A stretch of 64,000 nt of DNA from an uncultured Actinomycetota bacterium. Lineage in GTDB: Bacteria; Actinomycetota; Actinomycetes; JAHEKZ01. The translations under genes were made by a program, and so were the position numbers. Under the pieces are notes generated by a model. That model did not search any database, was not told the origin of the DNA, and worked only from the letters and a program-made list of their open reading frames with translations. The stretch is from NCBI GenBank assembly GCA_963743915.1, contig CAVURN010000001.1, positions 480,001 through 544,000 on the forward strand, written 5' to 3'. Positions 9,517-19,501 of the stretch are shown one piece after another. Numbering within the stretch: position 1 is the first letter of the stretch; every line of letters starts with the position of its first letter.

Positions 9517-10530
9517 CTACGGGCGCGACAGGCCCAGGTCCCGGGTCTGCTTGCTGATCGACTTCCACTTCGCGCGTTCCTCCGCCATCAGGCGGGCGTT
9601 GCCGCGTCGTTCCTGGTAGGCCGCCTCGCGCAGCAGCTTGCGGTAGCTCTGCAGCCGGCGTTCGGGCAGCGTGCCGTCGTCGACCGCAGCAAGCACGGCA
9701 CACCCCGGCTCGGAGTCGTGGGCGCAGTCACCGAACCGACAGTCGGCGGAGAGCTCCTCGATCTCGGGAAAGACCTGCTCGAGCCCATCGGTGCTGGCCA
9801 GCCCGATACTGCGGAGCCCCGGCGTGTCGATGACGAAGGCGCCGTTGGGCAGGGGAAGCAGCTCGCGGTGAGCGGTGGTGTGCCGACCCTTGCCGTCAGT
9901 GCGGGTACGGCTGGTCGCCATCATCTCGTGCCCGAGCAAGGCATTGAGCAGCGTCGACTTGCCGGCACCGGAGGGACCCAGGAGGGCCAGCGTCTCACCG
10001 GGCGCCGCCAGCGACGCCACGGAGTCGAGCCCCTCGCGGTCGAGTGCGCTCACCGTGACGACGTCGGCTCCCACCGCGGCCCGCTGGATGGCCGCCACCA
10101 GGTCATCGAGGTCGACAGCGAGGTCGGTCTTGGTGAGCACGACGACCGGTCGGGTGCCCGCCTCCCAGGCCAGGGCCAGCAGGCGCTCGATCCGGCCGGG
10201 TGCGGGGTAGGGCTCACAGGGTTCACAGATCGCCAGCACATCGACATTGGCCGCCAGGACCTGATGCTCGCTGCTGCCGGGGTAGACCGAGGCGCGCGTG
10301 ATGGCGTTGTGACGTGGCAGCACCTCGGCCAGCCAGGTCTCTCCACCCTCCACACTGACCACCACCTGGTCGCCGACGCAGGGCATGGCGGCAGGTGACT
10401 GGTGGGCAGCTGCCGCCACCGCCGGGGACCACCGGGCGCGCACCGTCTGGCCCCCGACCAGCACGTCACACACCCCGCGGTCGACACGGCTGACCCGGGG
10501 TGTCGGGTCGGGGACAGGGGAATCAGACAC
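9517..10530 (-). CDS. rsgA: Ribosome small subunit-dependent GTPase A, paralog
   Basis: TKTD, GPSGAGKSTL, GRHTT, DTPG, CRFGDCAHDSEPGCAV zinc finger. Confidence 0.92.
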   Translation of the reverse strand: MSDSPVPDPTPRVSRVDRGVCDVLVGGQTVRARWSPAVAAAAHQSPAAMPCVGDQVVVSVEGGETWLAEVLPRHNAITRASVYPGSSEHQVLAANVDVLAICEPCEPYPAPGRIERLLALAWEAGTRPVVVLTKTDLAVDLDDLVAAIQRAAVGADVVTVSALDREGLDSVASLAAPGETLALLGPSGAGKSTLLNALLGHEMMATSRTRTDGKGRHTTAHRELLPLPNGAFVIDTPGLRSIGLASTDGLEQVFPEIEELSADCRFGDCAHDSEPGCAVLAAVDDGTLPERRLQSYRKLLREAAYQERRGNARLMAEERAKWKSISKQTRDLGLSRP

Positions 10531-10649
10531 GGCTCGACGGTAGGCGCCGGTGCGGAGGTACCGCCAGGGAATATTGCGGAATATTTGAGATATCAAGTAC
10601 CTTGACCCGTGGTAAGAGCCTTCCGCCCCCCGATCGTGCAGGAGTCCCG

Positions 10650-11654
10650 ATGCCCGCCGTCACCGTCGACAACGTCCTCGCCCTTCCACGCGTCTCGACG
10701 ATCGACCCAGCCGTCGACCGGCCGCGCCCGGTGGTCAGCGTCACCTCGGCCCCCTCGGGGTTCGAAGGAGAGGGCTTTCCGGTGCGTCGGGCCTTCGCCG
10801 GCGTCGACCTGCGAGCCCTCGACCCGTTCATCCACATGGACCAGATGGGCGAGGTCGACTACGCACCGGGTGAGCCCAAGGGCACTCCGTGGCACCCGCA
10901 CCGCGGTTTCGAGACGGTCACCTACATGATCGACGGGCTCATGCAGCACCAGGACTCGAACGGTGGCGGTGGCCTGATCAGCGACGGCGACACCCAGTGG
11001 ATGACGGCGGGTGCCGGCATCCTGCACATCGAGGCGCCACCGGAGCACGTCGTCGTGTCCGGCGGGCTCTTCCACGGCCTGCAGCTGTGGGTGAACCTGC
11101 CTCGCTCGCTCAAGTACGCCCCGCCCCGCTACCAGGACATCACCTCCGCCAAGGTCGGCCTGCTCAGCTCCGACGACGGTGGCGGCCTGATCCGCCTGAT
11201 CGCCGGCGAGCTCGACGGGCACGCCGGACCGGGCGTGACGTACACGCCCATCACGCTCCTTCACGCGACGATCGCCCCGGGGGCGCAGGTCACGCTGCCG
11301 TGGCGCGAGGACTTCAATGCGCTCGTGTACGGGCTGTCTGGCAAGGGCTCGGTCGGCGCCGAGCGGCGTCCCCTGCACTGGGGGCAGCTCGCCGTCTACG
11401 GCGAGGGCTCCTCGATCACGATCAGCGCCGACGAGCAGCAGGACGCCGGACACTCGGCGTTCGATGTGTACGTCCTCGGCGGACAGCCCATCCGTGAGCC
11501 CGTGGCCGCCTACGGTCCGTTCGTCATGAACACCAAGGACGAGCTGGTGCAGGCGTTCGAAGACTTCCAGGCTGGACGCCTCGGCACCATCCCGGCAGCT
11601 CCGGACGACCGAGTGCCTCACGGGGACGTCGAAGGCTCGACGCCCGACGCCTGA
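10650..11654 (+). CDS. Pirin family protein
   Basis: DPFIHMDQMG, HPHRGFETVTY, MTAGAGILHIE, GPFVMNT. Confidence 0.95.
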   Translation: MPAVTVDNVLALPRVSTIDPAVDRPRPVVSVTSAPSGFEGEGFPVRRAFAGVDLRALDPFIHMDQMGEVDYAPGEPKGTPWHPHRGFETVTYMIDGLMQHQDSNGGGGLISDGDTQWMTAGAGILHIEAPPEHVVVSGGLFHGLQLWVNLPRSLKYAPPRYQDITSAKVGLLSSDDGGGLIRLIAGELDGHAGPGVTYTPITLLHATIAPGAQVTLPWREDFNALVYGLSGKGSVGAERRPLHWGQLAVYGEGSSITISADEQQDAGHSAFDVYVLGGQPIREPVAAYGPFVMNTKDELVQAFEDFQAGRLGTIPAAPDDRVPHGDVEGSTPDA

Positions 11655-11682
11655 CCGCGCAGGTTCGCCTTCGGCGCGGTCA
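11652..11682 (+). terminator. Hairpin after pirin, possible terminator
   Basis: TGACCGCGC...GCGCGGTCA 9-bp stem between convergent genes. Confidence 0.45.
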
Positions 11683-11859
11683 CCGCTTGCGGGTGTCCGT
11701 CACGGATCGGCGAATGACGTGCGTTCCTGGGCCGCTTCAGACCTCCAAAGCGCAAGTGATCCTCCATTCCGGCCATCTGCACCCATGAGGAGTCCCAGCC
11801 ATGCATCCTCACGGGCGCTCGGCGCCGGGAGCGCCACCCTCAGACCCGGCGGCTGTGCC

Positions 11860-12598
11860 TCAGACCTTGGTGCGGTCCCAGCCCGGACGGGGGTCGCGGT
11901 TACCCGGCCCGCTTCCTGCTCGCGTGCGGTAGACCACGTAGGGGCGGAAGAGGTAGCCGAGGGGCGCGCTGAAGGCGTGCACCAGCCGGGTGAACGGCCA
12001 GACCAGGAACAGCGCCAGGCCCGAGAGCGCGTGCACCCGGAAGGCCAGGGGTGTGTCGGCCATCAGCTCACCCTGGGGCTGCAGCAGGAAGATCGAGCGG
12101 AACCACACCGACACGGTCTCCCGGTAGTTGTACCCGTCCCCCAGCACACCTGCACCGGTCATGGTGGCGACCATGCCGAGGCAGATCGCAGCGACGAGGA
12201 ACACGTACATGGTCTTGTCGTTCTTCGTGGTGGCCGCGAACACGGGGCCGCTCGTGCGGCGGCGGTAGACCAGCAAGGCCACGCCGACCAGCGTCGCGAT
12301 GCCGGCCAGGCCGCCCAACGCGACGGCGTTGACGTGGTACATGTCCTCGCTGATTCCCAAGGCGTGTCGTCCACTCCTCAGGGATCATCAGGCCGATCAC
12401 GTGACCGCCGACGACAGCCAGCATCCCGAGGTGGAACAGCGGGCTGGCGATGCGCAGCAAGGAGCGTTCGTAGAGCTGGGACGAGCGGGTGGTCCAGCCG
12501 AACTTGTCGTAGCGGTAGCGCCACACCATGCCGACGACGAACACAGCGATCGTGACGTACGGCAGCACGTCCCAGAGCAGGATCTCGGTGGCCGTCAT
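11860..12598 (-). CDS. narI: Respiratory nitrate reductase gamma subunit (frameshift near 12360)
   Basis: WRYRYDKFGWTTRSSQ, PLFHLG in ORF 12068-12598; WPFTRLVH in ORF 11860-12360. Confidence 0.9.
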
Positions 12599-13254
12599 CG
12601 GCGGGCTCCCATGGTCAGGTCGGAGGAGCCGACGCCAAAGGGCGTCAGCGTCAGATCGATCGGACCGGCCATCCCCACGCTCTCGGTGGGCGGCCCGCTG
12701 TGCGCGAGACGCGCCATCAGCTCACGATCCTCCGGCGTCAGCTCGGAGGTCGTCGAGAGCACTGCCGACACGACGTCGGCGTAGGGAGATCCGGCGTTCT
12801 CGAGTGCCGCGTGCAGCAGCGCGATGACCCCCCGGTGCTCGGCCAGCAGGGCGTTGCCCAGCTCCGCGTCGCCGGAGGCAGCGAACTCGAGCACGACGGC
12901 GAGGTGGTCGGGCAGCTCGGACTCGTCGATGGTCAGGCCGACCTCGCGGTACACCTCTTTGAAGTGGAGGAGCGCCATCCCGCGGTTGCGGGTGTCACCG
13001 TGGGTCCAGTACGTAAGGTAGGGCGAGCACTTGCGCCGCATGTCGAATGTCTCGACGTAGTGCTGCTGCACCCGCATGAGCTCGGTCGAGGTGACGTAGT
13101 CGAGGAAGCGGCCCAGTCTGGTTGCCGGTCCGTGCGGGAGCGTGCCGAGCACGTCACCGATGACCGGGACGAGCTCGAGCGTCGACTCCTCCGGGTAACG
13201 GAGGAGCACGGAGCAGACCTGCTGGACGTACGAGCGGTCCTGTCCGTCCATCAT
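12595..13254 (-). CDS. narJ: Nitrate reductase molybdenum cofactor assembly chaperone
   Basis: LLRYP, YVETFD, YLTYWTHGDTRNRG, ELPDHLAVVLEF. Confidence 0.88.
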   Translation of the reverse strand: MMDGQDRSYVQQVCSVLLRYPEESTLELVPVIGDVLGTLPHGPATRLGRFLDYVTSTELMRVQQHYVETFDMRRKCSPYLTYWTHGDTRNRGMALLHFKEVYREVGLTIDESELPDHLAVVLEFAASGDAELGNALLAEHRGVIALLHAALENAGSPYADVVSAVLSTTSELTPEDRELMARLAHSGPPTESVGMAGPIDLTLTPFGVGSSDLTMGARR

Positions 13255-14922
13255 CGGCCGTCCTCTCCACCGTCGCCCGGGAACAGCCCGGTTGGTGGCT
13301 CCCTTGCCGTCCCAGTTGAGCAGGTTGATCCGTCCCTGTTTGCTGGAGGTGTCGAGCACCCCCTCGGACGTCTGCCGCACCTTCAATGCGTGGAAGTTCT
13401 CGACGGCGACGGGAACGGGCACACCGGACGCCTCGCCGAAGGGGCCGGACCCGTACATGCCGGGTCCCTCGTCGTAGTCGAGCGAGCAGCCGATCTCCTC
13501 CAGCTGCTTGGCCTGCTCGGTGTGCGCGGCCGGGATGACGTACCTCTCCTCGTACTTGGCGATCGCGAGCAGGCGGTACATCTCCAGCACCGTCGCCTCG
13601 TCGAAGCCGACGGCCTCGGCGATGCTGGTGTCGACCTCGCGGCCGAGGTTGACGTCACGCATCGTCGAGCGCATGGCGGCGAGCCGTCGCAGCACGGTGT
13701 CGATGACGTCGGTGTCGCCGGCCGTGAAGAGCTCGGCCAGGTACTCCTTCGGGATGCGGAGCGAGTCGATGGCACCGAACAGGTTGCCGGCGTCCTCACC
13801 GTCGTTGCCGGTCTCGGTGAGCGCGTCGACCACAGGAGACAGCGGCGGGATGTACCAGACCATGGGCATCGTCCGGTACTCCGGGTGCAGCGGCAGCGCG
13901 ATCTCGAACTCCTTCGCCAGCCGGTAGACCGGGGACTTCTGGGCCGCAGCGACCCAGTCCGGCGGGATGCCGTCCCGTTCGGCTGCCGCGATCACCTCGG
14001 GGTCGTGGGGGTCGAGGATCAGGTCGAGCTGGGCCCGGTACAGGTCCTTGTCGTCCTCGACGGCGGCGGCGTCCAGCACCCGGTCCGCGTCGTAGAGGAA
14101 GAGGCCGATGTAGCGGAGCCGACCGACGCAGGTCTCCGAGCACACCGTCGGCATGCCGACCTCGACCCGCGGGTAGCAGAACGTGCACTTCTCGGCCTTG
14201 CCGGTCTTGTGGTTGAAGTAGACCTTCTTGTACGGGCAGCCGGAGACGCACATCCGCCAGCCGCGGCAACGGTCCTGGTCGACCAGGACGATGCCGTCCT
14301 CGGCCCGCTTGTACATGGCACCGGAGGGACAGGAGGCCACGCACGACGGGTTTAGGCAGTGCTCGCAGATCCGCGGCAGGTAGAACATGAAGGCGCGCTC
14401 GAAGTCGAGGGCGACCTTCTCGGACACCTGGTCACGGATCTTCACCAGGACCGGGTCGTCGGCGATGACGTCAGGGCCCCCACCGAGATCGTCGTCCCAG
14501 TTGGCCGACCACTCGATCTTCATCGGCTTGCCGGTGATCAGCGACTTGGGTCGGGCCACCGGGGTGTGCTCGCCGAGGGGCGCAGAGATGAGGGTGTCGT
14601 ACTCGTACGTCCACGGCTCGTAGTAGTCCGACAGGCTCGGGAGCTTGGGGTTGGAGAAGATCGAGGCGAGCTTCTTCCAGCGTCCGCCTCCCTTGAGGCG
14701 TAGCCCACCGCGCTTCGTCCGTTCCCACCCGCCGCGCCACCGCTCCTGGTCCTCGTGGGTTCGCGGGTAACCGAGGCCCGGCCGGGTCTCGACGTTGTTG
14801 AACCACACGTACTCGACGCCGGTGCGGTTCGTCCAGGCCTGCTTGCAGGTGACCGAGCAGGTGTGGCACCCGATGCACTTGTCGAGGTTCATCACCATGC
14901 CCATCTGGGCCATGACCTTCAT
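13251..14922 (-). CDS. narH: Respiratory nitrate reductase beta subunit (reads into narJ through a probable indel near 13300)
   Basis: DKCIGCHTCSVTCK, CEHCLNPSCVASCP, CRGWRMCVSGCP, KCTFCYPR. Confidence 0.93.
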
Positions 14923-17900
14923 CAGTACACGACCTCCTGTGAGCGCCTACGGATCACCGTGACTTCGTCCCGCTGGTTGCCCGTCGGTCCGAGGTAGTTG
15001 AAGAAGAACGACAGCTGCGCGTAGCCACCGACGAGGTGGCTCGGCTTCAGCATCAGCCGCGTGAGCGAGTTGTGGATGCCCCCGCGCAACCCCGAGGTCT
15101 CGGCGCGAGGGACGTCGACCACCCGATCCTTTGCGTGGTACATGAACACCGTCCCTTGAGGCATCCGGTGCGACACGATCGCCCGGGCCACGACGACGCC
15201 GTTGCGGTTGTACGCCTCGATCCACTCGTTGTCCTTGACACCGATCTGCTCGGCGTCCTCGACGCTCATCCAGATCTCCGGTCCGCCTCGCGAGAGCGAG
15301 AGCATGAAGAGGTTGTCCTGGTACTCGGAGTGGATGGACCACTTCGAGTGCGGCGTCAGGTAGCGGACCGTGACCTCCTTGCCGAGACCGCTGCTCTGGT
15401 CGCCGAAGATGCGGTGCATGTTGAGCGGCGGCCGGTAGATCGGCAGCTGCTCGCCGAGCTCGGTGAGCCAGTCGTGGTCCAGGAAGAAGTGCTGGCGACC
15501 GGTGAGCGTGTGCCACGGCTTCAAGCGGTCGACGTTGATGGCAAAGGCCGTGTAGCGGCGACCACCGTGCTCCGACCCGGACCACTCGGGGCTGGTGATC
15601 ACCGGGACCGGACGAGCCTGCGTGTCCGGGAAGGTGATCCGCTTGCCCTCGTGGTCGAGTGCGAGGTCGGCCAGCTGTCGCCCGGTCCGCGCCTCCAGCT
15701 GACGGAACCCCTCGACCGCGACGCGGCCGTTGGTGGTCCCCGACAGCGCCAGGATCGTCTCGCAGACGTGGGTGTCCTTGACGAGAGACGGACGCCCGGC
15801 CGCGACGCCGTCCGGGATGACCCCGTTGGTGCGGGCCAGCGCCTCGACCTCGGGCACCGGCTTGATGTTCACGCCCTTGGTCAGGGTGCCGAGCTTGTCG
15901 ACCAGTGGCCCGAGCGCCGACATCTTGGCGCCCACCTGCGTGTAGTCGCGCTGCACCACCACGAACTTCGGCATCGTCACGCCGGGAACCGCGTCCACCT
16001 CGCCGCTGCGCCAGTCCTGCACGATCCCGTGCGGCACGGCCATCTCGTCGGGGGTGTCGTGCAGCAGCGGCATCATCACGACGTCCTCGCGCTGCTCGAG
16101 ATGACCGGCGGCGAGGTCGGACACCTTGCGACCCAGGGCGTTGAAGATGTCGTGGTCGGACTTGGTCTCCCACGGCGGGTTGATCGCCGGGGTGAAGGCG
16201 TGCACGAACGGGTGCATGTCGGTGCTCGACAGGTCGTGCTTCTCGTACCAGGTGGCTGCCGGCAGCAGCACGTCGCTGTACAGACCGGTGCCGGTCATCC
16301 GGAAGTCGATCGAGACCAGCAGGTCGAGCTTGCCTTCGTCGGACGTCTCGCGCCACGCCACGTCGCGAGGACGTTCGTCCGGTGCGACCTCCTCGGCGCG
16401 CACGGCATTGTCGGTGCCGAGCAGGTGACGCAGGAAGTACTCGTTGCCCTTGCTGGAGGAGCCGAGCAGGTTGGCCCGCCAGACGGTCAGCACGCGCGGC
16501 CAGTTCTCGGGGGCGTCGGGGTCGTCGATCGCGAACGAGACCTCACCCGAGCGCAGCTTGTCCACGACGTGGTCGGCCGGCTCGACCCCCGCCGCTCGTG
16601 CCTCGTCGACGAGATCGAGGGAGTTGCGGTTGAGCGAGGGGTAGGAAGGCATCCACCCGGCCCGCGCCGACTGCGCCAGCGTGTCGATCGCGGTCATGCC
16701 GTTCCAGCGACCGCTGCCGAGTGGCGAGGCGAGGGTGTCGGCCGGCAGCCCGTCGTACCGCCACTGACCGGTCTGCACGTACCAGAACGCCGTCCCGATC
16801 ATCTGACGCGGCGGACGTTGCCAGTCGAGGCCGAAGGCGAGCTGGGCCCAACCGGTCACCGGACGGCACTTCTCCTGGCCGACGTAGTGCGCCCAGCCAC
16901 CCCCGTTCACGCCTTGGCAGCCGGTCAGCGTGACCAGGGCCAGGAACGTGCGGTAGATCGTGTCGGAGTGGAACCAGTGGTTGGTACCGGCGCCCATGAG
17001 GATCATGGACCGCCCACCGGAGTCCTCGGCGTTCTGGGCGAACTCACGGCCGATCCGGATCGCCTGCTCGGCCGGGACGCCGGTGATCTCCTCCTGCCAG
17101 GCCGGTGTGTAGGGCTCGGGATCGTCGTAGCCCTGCGGCCATTCGCCTGGCAGGCCGTCACGGCCGACGCCGTACTGGGCGAGCATGAGGTCGAAGACAG
17201 TGGTGACCGTGTGCTCGCCGAGCTGCGCCGACGGGACGCCTCGGCGGATCACCCCGCCACCTTCGTTCTGCTCCTGGGCCATGTCGAAGCGGGGGAGCAG
17301 CACCTCGGCGGTTCCCGTGTTGTCCGCTCCGTGGAGCGAGAGGGCCGGCACGACACCCTCGAGGTCGAGGTTCCAGTGGCCCTTGCCGCTCTCGCTGAAG
17401 CGGTCGCCCAGCGATCCGTTGGGGACGTGCGGGCGTCCGGTCGCGGAGTCGACCATCACCGGCTTCCACGCCGCAGCCTCGGTTTCGATGCCGAGGTCCT
17501 CGGCGGTCACGAACTTGTCGGGCACCCAGGCGCCGTCCTTCTCGCGCAGCTTCACGAGATAGGGAAGATCGGTGTAGGTCTGCACGTACTCCACGAAGCG
17601 CGGCACCTGACGGTCGACGAAGAACTCCTTGAGCAGCACGTGCCCCATCGCCATGCCGAGCGCTCCGTCGGTCCCGGGATGCGGGGCGAGCCACTCGTCG
17701 GCGAACTTGGTGTTGTCGGCGTAGTCCGGGCTCACGACGACGACCTTCTGGCCGCGGTAGCGAGCCTCGGTCATGAAGTGGGCATCGGGTGTGCGGGTGA
17801 CCGGGACGTTCGATCCCCACATGATCAGGTAGCTGGCGTTGAACCAGTCGGCTGACTCCGGCACGTCGGTCTGGTCGCCGAACACCTGGGGCGACGCGAC

Positions 17901-18599
17901 CGGCAGGTCGGCGTACCAGTCGTAGAACGAGAGCATCGCGCCGCCGAGCAAGCTGATGAAGCGGGCACCCGCGGCGTGGGAAGCCATGGACATGGCGGGG
18001 ATGGGGGAGAAGCCGAAGACCCGGTCGGGCCCGTACTTCTTGATGGTGTGGACGTGGGCCGCCCCCACGATCTCCGCGACCTCTTCCCAGTGGGCGCGCA
18101 CGAGACCACCCTTGCCGCGCGCCTTCTGGAACCGACGTCGCTTGGCGGGGTCGTCGACGACCGCCGCCCAGGCGTCGACCGGGTCCGGATGCACCTTCTT
18201 GGCATCGCGGTACATCTCGAGCAGGACGCCCCGGACGTACGGGTAGCGGATCCGCGTCGGTGAGTAGGTGTACCAGCTGAAGGCCGCCCCACGGGGGCAT
18301 CCGCGCGGCTCGTACTCAGGGGACTGTGCGCCGATCGACGGGTAGTCGGTCTGCTGGGTCTCCCACGTGATGATGCCGTCCTTGACGTACACCTTCCAGG
18401 AGCACGAACCGGTGCAGTTGACGCCGTGCGTCGACCGGACCACCTTGTCGTGGCTCCACCGGTCCCGGTAGAAGACGTCGCCCTCCCGACCGCCCTCGTG
18501 GGTGATGGTGCGCAGGTCCTCCGACACCTCGGAACGACGCAGCAGCCCTCCGGCGCGCAGCAGCAGGTCGGCGGCCGGGCCGTCGGTGCGAGCAGTCAT
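14922..18599 (-). CDS. narG: Respiratory nitrate reductase alpha subunit
   Basis: STHGVNCTGSCSWK, EPRGCPRGA, SFYDWYADLP, GPTGNQRD. Confidence 0.97.
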   Translation of the reverse strand: MTARTDGPAADLLLRAGGLLRRSEVSEDLRTITHEGGREGDVFYRDRWSHDKVVRSTHGVNCTGSCSWKVYVKDGIITWETQQTDYPSIGAQSPEYEPRGCPRGAAFSWYTYSPTRIRYPYVRGVLLEMYRDAKKVHPDPVDAWAAVVDDPAKRRRFQKARGKGGLVRAHWEEVAEIVGAAHVHTIKKYGPDRVFGFSPIPAMSMASHAAGARFISLLGGAMLSFYDWYADLPVASPQVFGDQTDVPESADWFNASYLIMWGSNVPVTRTPDAHFMTEARYRGQKVVVVSPDYADNTKFADEWLAPHPGTDGALGMAMGHVLLKEFFVDRQVPRFVEYVQTYTDLPYLVKLREKDGAWVPDKFVTAEDLGIETEAAAWKPVMVDSATGRPHVPNGSLGDRFSESGKGHWNLDLEGVVPALSLHGADNTGTAEVLLPRFDMAQEQNEGGGVIRRGVPSAQLGEHTVTTVFDLMLAQYGVGRDGLPGEWPQGYDDPEPYTPAWQEEITGVPAEQAIRIGREFAQNAEDSGGRSMILMGAGTNHWFHSDTIYRTFLALVTLTGCQGVNGGGWAHYVGQEKCRPVTGWAQLAFGLDWQRPPRQMIGTAFWYVQTGQWRYDGLPADTLASPLGSGRWNGMTAIDTLAQSARAGWMPSYPSLNRNSLDLVDEARAAGVEPADHVVDKLRSGEVSFAIDDPDAPENWPRVLTVWRANLLGSSSKGNEYFLRHLLGTDNAVRAEEVAPDERPRDVAWRETSDEGKLDLLVSIDFRMTGTGLYSDVLLPAATWYEKHDLSSTDMHPFVHAFTPAINPPWETKSDHDIFNALGRKVSDLAAGHLEQREDVVMMPLLHDTPDEMAVPHGIVQDWRSGEVDAVPGVTMPKFVVVQRDYTQVGAKMSALGPLVDKLGTLTKGVNIKPVPEVEALARTNGVIPDGVAAGRPSLVKDTHVCETILALSGTTNGRVAVEGFRQLEARTGRQLADLALDHEGKRITFPDTQARPVPVITSPEWSGSEHGGRRYTAFAINVDRLKPWHTLTGRQHFFLDHDWLTELGEQLPIYRPPLNMHRIFGDQSSGLGKEVTVRYLTPHSKWSIHSEYQDNLFMLSLSRGGPEIWMSVEDAEQIGVKDNEWIEAYNRNGVVVARAIVSHRMPQGTVFMYHAKDRVVDVPRAETSGLRGGIHNSLTRLMLKPSHLVGGYAQLSFFFNYLGPTGNQRDEVTVIRRRSQEVVY

Positions 18600-19303
18600 G
18601 GGGTTTCCTTCGTCTCGTGGTCGGTGGTTCCTGTGAGATGGGCGACGCAGAGGCCGGGACGGGCGTCGACGTCGAAGCGGTCGACCGACAGCTGTGAACC
18701 GACGGCCGTCAGCGAGCCACGCAGCAGACCGAGGTGGATGTCGCAGACACCGGGGAAGGCGTCGCGGATGGCGGCGTAGGGGCAGGCACGCAGATAGATG
18801 CGGTCGCCGAGCGGCTCGGTGGTCGCGTCGAACCCCAGGTCGCTGAAGAGCTGGGTGACCTGCTCGACGGCCTCCTCGGCGGAGGGCGTGGGGTGCAGCC
18901 GTCCCTCGCTCACGAGGGCCTCGGCCCACAGCAGGCCCGCCTCGTCGACGGAGCGCTGGTCGGGCTGGCCGAGGATCGACAGCTCGTTGGCGAGGGCGGT
19001 CGCCAGCGTCTTGTAGGCGTCCTGGTGGACGGGCTCGCCCGGCGCGAGGGCGTAGAGGATGCGTGGTCGACCCCTGCCACCGCCCCGCTCGGTCTCACGC
19101 GTCACGACGCCGAGGTGCACCAGGAGCTCAAGGTGACCGCGGACGGTGTTCACGTGCAGCCCCACGTCCTCAGCGACTTCGGCCACCGACAGCGGACTGG
19201 ACGCCTCGCGGATCGCACGCAGGACGGCCTTGCGTCCCTGGCGTGACTCACGGTCGTCGGGCACTGCCCCTCGCGTTCGCGCTGCTGTCGTTTCAATGGG
19301 CAC
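18596..19303 (-). CDS. HTH regulator with C-terminal Cys cluster (ArnR/SufR-like)
   Basis: wHTH LHVNTVRGHLELL..GRGRP; C-terminal CPY..VCDIH..LC; stop overlaps the narG start. Confidence 0.8.
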   Translation of the reverse strand: MPIETTAARTRGAVPDDRESRQGRKAVLRAIREASSPLSVAEVAEDVGLHVNTVRGHLELLVHLGVVTRETERGGGRGRPRILYALAPGEPVHQDAYKTLATALANELSILGQPDQRSVDEAGLLWAEALVSEGRLHPTPSAEEAVEQVTQLFSDLGFDATTEPLGDRIYLRACPYAAIRDAFPGVCDIHLGLLRGSLTAVGSQLSVDRFDVDARPGLCVAHLTGTTDHETKETP

Positions 19304-19334
19304 GCCTCATCCTGGTCAGCCGCGGCGGTTGAGT

Positions 19335-19440
19335 CTCGGGACTTTGGTCCTGTGACGTCACATCGCGCCACCTTCTGATCTGAGTCTCCCGCATCTTGCC
19401 ACGGCGCGGTCATGGTTTGACACGGGACTGGAGTACCTGA
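19335..19440. promoter_or_regulatory. Two DosR/DevR-like boxes plus a TGTGACGTCACA palindrome in the divergent nar/narK promoter
   Basis: CTCGGGACTTTGGTCCTGTG (19335-19354) and CACGGGACTGGAGTACCTGA (19421-19440) compared with the consensus TTSGGGACTWWAGTCCCSAA; palindrome at 19351-19362. Confidence 0.55.
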
Positions 19441-19501
19441 ATCCATGGAGTGAGTGGGCCATAACGTGGATGGGTCAAGGTCATCGCAGAAGGGACCAGC
19501 C

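Noticed and set aside
12595-14922. Apparent 775-aa NarH-NarJ fusion
   Set aside because: A shifted frame near 13300 gives the typical NarH ending (..PTGLFPGDGGEDGR-stop) whose TGA overlaps the narJ ATG, so an indel error is more likely than a real fusion.
15036-17855. 939-aa plus-strand ORF and other long antisense ORFs (e.g. 62302-63993, 12700-14355)
   Set aside because: Shadow frames opposite well-supported genes, with no recognisable motifs.
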